Shown here: positions 40,301 through 52,300 of the stretch, piece after piece | How the letters are laid out: the number at the start of each line of letters is the position of its first letter | How positions within the stretch are numbered: position 1 is the stretch's first letter | Assembly: GCF_028641065.1 (NCBI RefSeq) | Contig: NC_073405.1 | Coordinates: forward strand, 12,648,001-12,712,000 | Direction of reading: 5' to 3' | DNA length: 64,000 bases | Origin: Leucoraja erinacea | Taxonomy: Eukaryota | The notes under the pieces: generated by a model | What the model was told of the DNA's origin: nothing | The model's input: the letters and a program-made list of their open reading frames with translations, nothing else | Databases searched by the model: none | Position numbers and translations under genes: made by a program

Positions 40301-43300
40301 GTGCACACAAATAGGGCCTTATTCCACGCAGTATGCCTATGATTCTAAAGCATCCTCATTTATAGGAGGTGTGAAATAGGTGTGAATCCAGGTGGTGTAC
40401 AGAAGTGGGGTGGGGGGGGGGCTTTGTTAGAAGTTATCTAAATTAGGAAAATTCAAAGTTCATACTGTTGGTTGTAAACTACCTATGTTTCTTTCTTTGC
40501 TTCCAGGTTACACTGTGCAGCCCATCGCCACGGGTGAGTTTGGGTTTCCATTTTATTGTTTCAGGAATCTTTGGTTATTCACTGCATTTATGACACTTCC
40601 ACCACCCATATTCTGCCGGATTAACAGTTGAAATTCGGGAAATTTTGCCTTGTCCTTTGTTCACAAGTAAAATCTTGATTGAGAAATGAATGAATTGAAA
40701 ACTATCCTTGCTGATGGCAAGGTTTATATTTCTCTACAAAACAAAAGCTGCTTTGATACCTGCTTCTCCGCCTTATGCTAGAAACAACTCACAAATATTC
40801 TCATCTACATCGTGTGCAGAATTTCACTCAAATGTATCAAACAATTGCCTCAGATCACAATTATTCTACTCGATCTGTTGCTTAAGCTGTGTAGAAAACC
40901 ATAACTTGGAAACTGTTCTTAAACTATTTTAAAATTGTTGTAGTATCAGCGTGCTAAATTGCTCCCTATATTTCCACAGTTCCAGCTCCAATCGACTTAA
41001 CAAATGACATTAATTACAACGTGACGTTCATTGTTAGTCTGCCAATTGAAGAAATTCAAAGAAACCCTTCAGAAACAGCAACCATCATTGCAGCTGAGGT
41101 GAGAAAGTTGTACAAGATAGTTTTCTGCTGATATATTACTTCATCGATCCCTTTTTTTCTCTCATTCTAACACAATTTTTCTTACTGTCCTCAGATCATA
41201 GCCTTGTTCGAAAGCAGCATAATCAATGCAACATTCTTAACATGTGTTGTAGAATCATTCAGGTAACTCACAGTCAATTTCCTATCAATTATGAAAATTG
41301 CATTCCTTTAATTTCCAATTGTTCTCACACAGTGTTTCCAATTTGCAAACACGATAATCTCATAAACACATTTCCTGCAAATATCGTTGCAGATTCAATA
41401 TACATTCTTATATATTCATATGTGAGAGTCTAGGTTGGGCACAGGAGAGGGAGGCAGGAAGGGGCGGTTTGTTGGAGCTTACTTCAAATTGGAAAATTCA
41501 AGACACAGTGTTGTGCAGTACATCAGTGGGACAGGCAGCAAATCTGGACATTATGGCTCGGCAATGTTTAGGGTTTGCTCCTTCTTCAGACATATTGCAG
41601 TAGGTGTAAGAAAGCTGGAAGAGAGGTGGGAAGAGAATGTTTAAATGTGGCAAGTGATAGGAGTATACAGATGAGGGGGGTTTGGCAAATGGTTGGTCAA
41701 ATTCCACTGAAGAAGACAATTAGTTTCTTATAGGGAGAAACCTTAAAGAGGCATTAAATATAAAGCTAGACGAAGGAAAAGTGGTGGAATAGGAGAATGG
41801 GGGGTTGGGACCATTGAGAAATGAGTGCACACCTAGGTGTAGCACAGGGAAGGTTGGGGAGAAAGGGAAGGTGGCATTTGTCGTTAATTTGGAGGATTCA
41901 TTGTTCATACTGTTAGGCTCTAAGCTAATCTTCGGAATTTGAGGTGCTGTTCCTCTAGTTGGAGTGTGGCCTCACTCTGGCAATGGATGAGGCCCAGGAC
42001 AGACTGGTCGGTAAGGGAATGGGAAGGGGAGATAAAATGTTATAAAACTGGGAGATCCAGTAGGCCTTGGTCGACACTGCACGTGTTCAGCTGAATGGTC
42101 ACCTAGACCATGCTTGGTCTTGCCAATGTAATTGAGACCACATCAGAGCACCAAATGCAATAGATGAGGTTCAAGACTGTTGGCGTGAAAGCTAACGACG
42201 AGGGGAACTCTGTCCTTGTTCCATCTGGATGAGGCGCATGCGAGAGCAGAATTAGATGAGATGTGAGTGAAGGATCCATCTATGACAACCAGTGGTAATC
42301 CATGTTTACTCAAGAAAGGGCATTTCTCAGATGCCCTAGAATGGGAAGCCCATTCCCATGGGAGTGGGAGCAGATGCGGCAGAGACGGGCAAATTGAGAA
42401 TAGCCTTCCTGTGACCATTGCTTCTATCCTTATAATCAGCCACAGTAATGTTTAGCTGTGCTCTTGCTACGACATGCAAACAACTTTGCACTAAATTCTT
42501 TTACACTTATCACAAATGTTTTTTGCTTTTTCGCAGCGAGGAAATGGTTAACAACACCAGAGTGACAGCTAATTGTTCATTCCAAAACGTGTCCACCATG
42601 GAACCCATCAACCGAGAAAAGGTTTATGATGTATTTAGCGAGAAGACCGATGACATTTCCTCACTGGGGCCATACGAACTGCAAAGCTACAGCCTCTATG
42701 TAAACGGTACTTATCAAAATATTCATTGGTGATTCTCTTCATATTGTATTTGTCCAATCTACGGTAACTATTGATTTATAGTCACGTTCTTTGGTCTTTA
42801 CATATTTAAATCAGGGACAACCAGGTATGATATCCTATAGGATCTGAGGAAGCAAAATTTAAAATAATTCGCAGACTTGCTATTCGGAGCCTGCCTTTGC
42901 ACAAACACACTGCCTCACTGGTATGACCCACTCACAAAAAAACTTGCCTCCTGATAAATATTCAAGGAGCAGTCAAATAAAACCTCCTCCATTAAAAGGT
43001 TACATGCATTTTTAGAAGACACAAAGTGCTAGAATAACTCAGCGGGTCGGGCTGCATCACTGGAGAATGTGAAAGGGTGACATTTCCGCCCAAGATCCTT
43101 CTTCAGACTGATTGTGAGGTGGGGGGTGGAGAAGAAAGCTGGAAGATAACGGAGGCAGTACAAAGCACGTCATTAATAGGTGAACACAGGTGAAGCAGAG
43201 TTTTGATTCGCAGAACGTTGGGCAAAGGCCAGAGACAAAAAAACATAAGGGGTGAGGGAAAAGGATTGAAGAGATGCAAATTTGATGCCAGGGAGAGGAA

Positions 43301-46300
43301 TGTGGATGGAGGGCAAGGGGGGGGGGGGGAGTTTAATAGGTGCAAGCCAAGGTGGGACACAGTGTTGTTGTGGTTGGTGGTTTTTAAAGATTGCCTTAAT
43401 TGCCTGAATTTAAAGTTCATGCCATTGGATTGGTCCTACATATATTTCCTTGTTTGTTTTCAGATTTCAATATACAGCCCAATGTCAATGGTGAGTTTGT
43501 ATCAATTCATCAAACAATTTTCTCACGTTACATTTGTTCTTCTCCATCTACATCTTCTACAAATATTCTCATCTACATCTTGTGCAGAATTTCACTCAAA
43601 TGTATCAAACAATTGCCTCAGATCACAATTATTTTACTCGATCTGTTGCTTAAGCTGTGTCGAAAACCAAAACTGGGAAACTGTTCTTAAACTATTTTAA
43701 AATTGTTGTAATATCAACGTGCTAAATTGCTCACTATAATTCCACAGTCCCAGCTCCAATCGACTTAAATGCCATTAATTACAACGTGACGTTCATTGTT
43801 AGTCTGCCAATTGAAGAAATTCAAAGAAACCCTTCAGAGACAGCAATCATTATTGCAGCTGAGGTGAGAACGTTGTACAAGATAGTTTTCTGCTGATATA
43901 TTACTTCATTGTTCCCTTTTTTTTCTCAGTCTAACACAATTTTTCTTACTGTCCTCAGATCATAGACCTGTTCGAAAACAGCATAATCAATGAAACGTTC
44001 TTAACATGTGTTGTAGAATCATTCAGGTAACTCACAGTCACTTTCCTATCAATTCTGAAAATTGCATTCCTTTAATTTCCAAATTTTCTCGCACAGTGTT
44101 TCCAATTTGCAAACACAATAAGCTCATAAACACATTTCCTGCAAAATATCGTTGCAGTCAATATACATTCTTATATATTCATAGGTCCAGGTAGGGCATA
44201 GGAGAGGGATGCGGGGTGGGGGCGGTTTGTTGGAACTTACTTAAAATTGGAAAATTCAAGACACAATGTTGTACAGTACCTCAGCGGGTCAGGGAGCAAA
44301 TGTGGACATTATGGCAATGTTTTGGGTCCAGCCTTTCTTCAGATAAATTGCAGTAGGTGTGAGAAAGCTGGAAGAGAGGTGGGAAAAGGATGTCAAAATG
44401 TGGCAAGTGATAGGAGTATACAGATGAGGGGGGTTTAGATTGGCAAATGGTTGGACAAAATCCACTGAAGAAGACAACTGGTTTCAGCTGAATGGTCACC
44501 TAGACAATGCTTGGTCTTGCCAATGTAAATGAGACCACATCAGAGCACCAAATGCAGTAGATAAGGTTCAAGACTGGTGGCATGAAAGTTAAGGACGAGG
44601 GGAAATCTATCCTCGTGAGTAAGGGATTCATCTACGACAGCCAGTGGTAATCCATGTTTACTCTAAAAAGGGTATATCTCAAATGCCCTAGAATGGGAAG
44701 CCCATATCCATGGGAGTGGGAGCAGATGCAGCGGAAATTGAACTATTGAGAGTCGGCTTTCTGTGACCATTGCTTCTGCTCTTATAATCAGCCACAGCAA
44801 TGTTTAGTTCTGCTCTTGTTAAGACTGCAATAAATGTTTTTAAACTTATCACAAATATATTTTGCTTTTGCGCAGTGCGGAAATGCTTACCAGCACCAGA
44901 GTGACAGCTAATTGTTCATTCCAAAACGTGTCCTCCATGGAACCCATCAACCGAGAAAAGGTTTATGCTGTATTTAGTGAGAAGACCAAAAACATTTCCT
45001 CAATGGGGCCATACGTACTGCAAAGCTACAGCCTCTATGTAAATGGTACTTATCAAAATATTCCTCTGTGTTTCTCTTCATATTGCACGTCATGTTATCT
45101 ATGGTAACTATTTATTTGTAGTCGAGTATTTGGTATTTGCAGTTTTTTTTATCAACCAGGAATGATATCCGATCGGATTTGGGATTGCGATTCTTAAAGT
45201 CATTCACAGTCTTGCTCTTCGAAGCCAGCGTTCACACAAACACTCTGCCTCACTGGTTTGACCCACTTACATATGCGTTTACTTTCTGATAGGTGTTTAA
45301 GATGCAGGTAAAAATACATTGCCTCCACTAAAACATTGCAAGGAAGATAGATGTTTCTTGAAAAGAAGACATAAACTGTTGGAGTAACTCAAGAGGTCAG
45401 GCAGCATCTCTGGAGAACATGGGTCAATCAGTTCTTCAGACTAATTGTGGGAGGGGTGTGGAGGGAAGAAAGCTAGAATAGAGGAGGCACAGTACAAAGC
45501 CCGTCAGGTAAATAAATGAATACAGGTGAGGTGGAGTTTTGATAAGCAGATGGATGGCCAAAGATGAAAAAAACATAAGGTGTGATATTTGAGACAAAAC
45601 ATAAGGTGTGAGAAAAAGATTGAAGATTTGTGAATTCGAAGCCAGAGGAAGGAATATCGATGGAGGAGAAGGGGGAGGGGATATAATGTACGAGTCCAGT
45701 TTGAGCACAGTGGATGGTAGTTGGGGGTGGGTGCTTGTTAGAGGTTACCTAAACTTTAAAGTTCATACCATCGGGTTATAACCAATTTATTACGTCTTGA
45801 CAAATGTCCATGCCAAATATGACTTCCTTTTATAATCTTCAAATGTTGATGCTTTCAAAAACTTTGCCCGTGATTTTATCTCTTCATTATTACGTCCATA
45901 TCGGAAATTCACCAATCGCTTTAGTTGAGAGAAGCTCAATGTCACTGAATTTATAATCATGGTTTAGATAGTTGCACCGCTGGAGATAATAAAACTGGAC
46001 TTTTGGCATGGAGAAAACTTGGTGCCAGTCATCACAGATGCCCTAGAATGGGAATTTTGTCTTTTGTCTACACTGACATTTATTTTTACGATCTGTTTTG
46101 GCAGTATGCTTGTAATCAGAAATGTTGATGATTACAAAAATTACTAATATGGATTTTTGAATACATGACAAAACCATCACACAACATAACGCTGCTCTAT
46201 GAGATTTTGTTTGAATGAGGTAAAAGTCATTATAGGTGGCATACAATATTGTACCTTGTGGTGACCATGTGGTGACAATTATCTCTAATAGTACAATCTT

Positions 46301-49300
46301 TTTCATATCTCCAGATTACAGCGAATCACCTTCAAGGAATGGTAAATTTTCTTATTTGCAGTTTTTTTTAATCAATTACTTTAATTCTATTTACAACATC
46401 GATGCAGATTACCTATTCCAAAAGATTCATGTTCATCTACTAATTTATTTTGTGATCTCAAATAGAATTTGTAGTTAGCTCCACATTCTGTCCACTCTTT
46501 GCTGCAATATTCCCTCTGAAATTCTGCTTTCTATTAATTTATAACCATTATATTTCCCCCCGTTCTTAAGTTCACTCGGAATTCTGGTAGACCCTGACCA
46601 TATAACCATATAACCATATAACAATTACAGTACGGAAACAGGCCATCTCGGCCCTACAAGTCCGTGCCGAACAATTATTTTCCCTTAGTCCCACCTGCCT
46701 GCACTCATACCATAACCCTCCATTCCCTTCTTATCCATATGCCTATCCAATTTATTTTTAAATGATACCATCGAACCTGCCTCCATCACTTCCACTGGAA
46801 GCTCATTCCACACCGCTACCACTCTCCGAGTAAAGAAGTTCCCCCTCATGTTATCCCTAAACTTCTGTCCCTTAACTCTGAAGTCATGTCCTCTTGTTTG
46901 AATCTTCCCTATCTTCCCAGTCACAGGACAGCATGGCTGGGACGGGTGTTGCTTCTGCAAATGTATCTTCTGCTTGCAGTGTTGCACTGGTTCAGCATGG
47001 GAAATGTGCTGCCCTGCACAACCCTTCAAGCAATATGTTCAAGATAGTTGGCAGCAATTCTAATGAGGACTTTACTTCTGCTGATTGGAGAATGGTTTTA
47101 AATGGTGGTGGTGGTTGGGTTTCTGAAGGGTCACAATTTAGACTCGGGCAACATCGAGTCAGTAATTTATTTTTCCGCCAATTTTGGTCCCATTTGTTTG
47201 TGTTTTAACATTTTGTGTGGAATTTAAAAGAGACTAGTTGGTTGGTACATTTCATAATCCAATAATTTTTCCTTGTTCCAAAAGCACCAATTGCAACTCA
47301 AACACCGGTTGAGTTTAATGTGACTTTCATTGTAACAAATTTGCCATTCCTGGGTTTATTGCACGAGAAACAATCCCCCTTATATCAATCAGCATCGGCA
47401 ATTATTACAGGAGAGGTAAAATATCAATACAACATTTATTTAAATTAATTTTCATAATCAGTCAAAATAATCTTCTAACTGGAACATATCTTTTATGCAG
47501 CTGAACACTTTGCTTAGGAACAGCGAAATCAAGGCACAGTTTGATAACTGTGAAACAAAGTCTCTAAGGTAAGAATTATTCTTTTTTTTCTTTGTTCTGC
47601 AGGAATCTGTCAACAGGGTAATTCCATTTGCTATTTATTTGTTATCACATCATCACTCTTTGCAGCATTTCATTTTTCACATACTTACCTCAATTCTCTT
47701 AAAACACTGACCTGCTTCATCTGTGAAACTATTTCAAATCCGTTGAAAACTTTACAGTAAATTCTTTCGAGCTCTTTCATTGTAGATTTTATAATGATCG
47801 GCCAACGGTTTCTGATTCTAATCATGAAGCAGTTCACAAATGCTGTCACTGAGCACATTATTGCTGGTTGTGTGATCTCGCTGAAGACTTGTCTCCCACC
47901 ACCTCGTGTAGTGGAGTGAAGCTCGGATTGTCTCAGACCCGGCATCTGCTTGTAGAGATGACCTGCCATGCCCAGAAATGTAGTGCCTGAGCCATCATGG
48001 TTATTGAAAGAACTACACAGAGTACTGGAGCCACTCAGCGGATCTGGCAGCATCACTGGAGCATGCATTGGATTGGATTGGATTCGATTCAATTTTATTG
48101 TCATTGCTCTTTTCTGTGCAACAAAATGCATATGCAAAGACTGTGTGTGGTGTGTCTTGTGCAGCTTTGTGAATGATGGGCTTGTCCTCGTTGCTATAGA
48201 ATGCCACATTCACTTGAATTGTGCTACACCACTTGCCCCTCAGAATATCTGTTCAGGGAAACAGTTTTGACCACAAGTCAGTCAGTCAGTGGATGGCATA
48301 GAATGTCACGGAGACCCAAGGCAGAAGGAGACAGCCGACTCTGTGTGATGGTTTTCTGATCAGTTATTTGGTAGAGTGCCACATCACCAAAGCTCTTGAA
48401 CAGCAACATGACTTCACTCAGGTAGTGGTGAAAGGGGCTGAATCCCACCAAGCACTGCCCTGCAGATGGCTGTGATGCACATAAGAAAGTTAGCCACCTC
48501 CTAGTAGACTGGATGTTTGCAGGTGTGGAAAAGGACGCAATGATCTCTGTCAAAGTTTTTCCCAAGATGTTGCGTAATGTGCGACCCTTCGGAGTACTCT
48601 CAGGGACACACAATGAGCCAACGGAAGATATCAACGTAGTAAAAGACGAACATTTGTCTGCTGGAAACTTATTGGTCTTCCAGGAGTTGTTCGCAAGAGG
48701 ATGCTGCCTACTTGCACGTTCCAAGGTGCGGGAGTAGGGACCAAGAGATGCATTGAAGCTCTATTTCACAAATCCAAAGGGCTTTGTAGGGAAAAACCAC
48801 AGTCTATGAACATCACAGGGTCAGGTCCCGATTTATAATTTACACAACCGATTTATAATTTACAAACCATTTTGCTGTTCTGTCATGAATGATTCATTTA
48901 CATTTTTCATATATAACATCTTCACCAATTAAAGATGAGAATATTTTTCCCAATGTGGAAATGTCAGACTAGAGGCATAGCTTTAAGTTGAGAGTGGCAA
49001 ATTTTAAATGCTGGAGTAACTCAGCGGGACAGGTAGCATCTCTGGAGAGAAGGAATGGGTGATGTTTCGGATTGAGAACCTTCTTCTGAAGAAGCTATGA
49101 AGAAGGGTCTTGACCCGAAACGTCACCCATTCTTTCTCTCCAGAGATGCTGCCTGTCCCACTGAGTTACTCCAGCATTCTGTGCCTACCTTCAACTTAAA
49201 ACAGCATCTGTAGTTCTTTCCTACAAATTTTAAAGGAGATATGCCGGGCAAGATTTTTACACAGAAGTGCCTGGAACGTGCTGCCAGGGGTGGTGGTGGA

Positions 49301-52300
49301 TGCAAATACAATAATGGTGACGAAGTGGTTTTTAGATAGGCACATGAAGATACAGGGAATGAAGGGATATGGATCATGTGCGGGCAAAGGAGATTAGTTT
49401 TACTTGGCATCAAGTTCAGCATGGAATTGAGAGCCGATGAGTCTGTTCTAATCTATGTTTCTTTTTATGTAGTTGATGTTTTTAGCTGTCTCTATGGATA
49501 AATATGCTTTATAGCACAGAATGCAATTCAATAATGGTACATTTCTGAATGTAGCAAACCCTCTTTCAATCATTATCTTTTTTTTTAATAGCTATATTCG
49601 CCGGAGCTGTTCGTCCTTTTGACTTCTTTACATTTTTATTATATCTTAAAGTGTGTTTTAGTGTGTGGGGAGGTGGGGGGTGGTAGCAGGGTATAGGGGA
49701 ATAGGGGGAAACTGATTTTTGGTCGCTTGCCTCGACGGAATGTGACTTTTCTTCATGTCACATTTCGTCCTCCCTTGCGGCATAACAGCTTGGATTGGTG
49801 CGGCCTCTCCCGGAGACGGGGCCCAGAGCTTCAGCAGCGGGCGCAGCGCGGACTCCATTGCGGAGCCGGACAATCCCTTGCCGGGGATTGCCAGAAGAAG
49901 TGCTCCGATTTCTGGCCCACGGACTATAACATCTTAAAGCTGCGGTCTGCGGCGCTTCTAGCCGCGAGCGTGGCATGGACTTCCCATCGCGGAGTCTTGG
50001 ATCCCTTGCTGGGGATCGCCAAAGAGGAGCTCCGACCACCGGCCAGCGGCCTATAACATCGTGAAGCCCCGGTGTCCGGTAGGAAGCGGCCGATTCAGAA
50101 TTTCCAAGTCGCAGAGTGTCCGTCCATCCCGACGTCGGAGTTTTGAGCATCCCGACGAGTGGGCCTGTACATTGGGCCATCCGTAGCGGTGACTGCGGAT
50201 GGTTCATGGTCCCAACCACGGATGAACAAAGGAAGAGGACTGACTGAATGTTATTGCCTTACATCACAGTGACAAATGTTGATTCCACTGTGGTGGATGT
50301 TCATGTTGTATTTTATTGTGTAATGTGCTCTTTTTGATTGTATGGCTGCATGGTAAATCAAATTCCACTGTACCTTAACTGGTGCATGTGGCAATAAATG
50401 TGAACTTGAATTGTTGGTTAAGTGAAAATATGCAAAAGGTTTCATTAATTTGGGCAGTAATATTGTTTGTATTATTACTTGTTAATTGTTGTTAATTCAT
50501 CCTTATCTTACAATATTTTTATAATAATTATTATTTTGCTGTCTTACAGTGTTCTAGGTCAAAATACCCAAGTGTATGCAGTCTGTACCTTCAACAATTC
50601 TGCCACCAGGCCAATTGACAGAGTTACTGTGTATCGACAAATCAGTTACAACACAAACGTCATAACTACATTGGGACCTTATCTTCTGGAGAGCAACAGT
50701 CTCCATGTTGATGGTACGAATTGCTTACTCCTTTACATGATACTGTAGATTTATTCAGGAATTTCAGTGGATGTGTGTGTGTTCACAGCTACTGGGCAAA
50801 CAGTGGGGATTTTAATGTTGCTGTTGTTTTGTCAATCAGAATTTTCTTGCATTCACTTTTCCCAGTAGATCCCTACCGTATATCAGAAAACATGATGGTT
50901 ACTGCTAAAAAAAAAACACGTAGTATTTGTTATAGGTTATTTCAGAAAGCTCTGACTAATTAAACTTTGGCTTCTCTTTTCAGACTACAATGAATTAACA
51001 TCTCCATCTGGTGAGTATGTTTACTATGGGTTTTAATTGTTAATAACTCTACAATTTATCTACAATTTTGATTATTTAAATGTTGTGCTTTCTTTGTAAT
51101 TCTGCAAACTAGATTTCTAAGATTACCTGCATTGGGACATTACATTCCTTTCTCAGCTCCGTGCTGCTAAGACTCCCATGCATACCTATGTTGGTCCTAT
51201 TCCAATCTAATCACACATCCTCCTGACTAGCCTTCCTTATTCCAATCTCTGTAAATCCAAGATTTGCTACACCTCTGCTGTCATTGTCTTTACTGAGATC
51301 CACATTATTGCTGCAGCTGCATTGCTCTTGCTTTGCAAGCCTTCAATGATAATGTTGTCACTTGCTTTCAAAGCACCCCAAGGTCTCACCCTCTCCAGAA
51401 CCTGCTGCCCTTTAATTCTCCACAATTCCTCCCCCCTCCTCCTCTGGATTATGCCAGTGTGATTGGTCCCGTGATGTGGAATGCCTTTGCAGCAGAGCTC
51501 GGGATGTTCTAGAATTCCTTCCCAAAACCTCTCTTTTCTGACAGGTCTCAATTGGGGCAACATCGAGTCAGTAATTTATTTTTTGCCAATTTTCTTCCCC
51601 ATTGTTTTGTTTTAACGTTTTGTGTGAAATTTAAAAGAGACTAGTTGGTTGGTACATTTCATAATCCAATAATTTTTCCTTGTTCCAAAAGCACCAAATG
51701 CAAAGCAGACATCGAATGAGTTTAATGTGACTTTCATTGTAACAAATTTGCCATTCCTGGGATTATTACATGATAAAACATCCCCCTTATATCAATCAGC
51801 ATCGGCAATTATTACAGGAGAGGTAAACTATCAATACAATTTTTATTTAAATTAATTTTCACAATCAATCAAAATGTTCTTCTAACTGGAACATATCTTT
51901 TTTGCAGCTGAATACTTTGTTTAGGAACAGCGAAATCAAGGCACAGTTTAATAACTGTGAAACAAAGTCTCTAAGGTAAGAATTATTCTGTTTTTTCTTT
52001 GTTCTGCAGGAATCTTATAACAGGGTAGTTCCATTTGCTATTTATTTGTTACTTTATTGATACTATTGGTTAAGTGAAAATATGCATTAGGTTTCAGTAA
52101 TTTGGGCAGTAATTTTTTTTGTATTATACCTGTTGTTAATTCACCCTTATCTTACAATATTTTTATAATTATTATTATTTTGTTGTCTCACAGTGTTCTA
52201 GGTCAAAATACCCAAGTGTATGCAGTCTGTACCTTCAACAATTCTGCCACCAGGACAATTGATAGAGTTACTGTGTATCGACAAATCAGTTACAACACAG

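Larger units (their letters stand above)
22500..42706. repeat. Tandem array family B, ~2.7 kb and ~1.9 kb units
   Basis: Exon A starts are spaced 2716, 2715, 1895, 1891, 1897, 1891, 1893 and 2773 bp apart. Confidence 0.95.

Noticed and set aside
1-45045. CRISPR-like or prokaryotic repeat system
   Set aside because: The units are kb-sized and contain spliceosomal introns and vertebrate retroelements.
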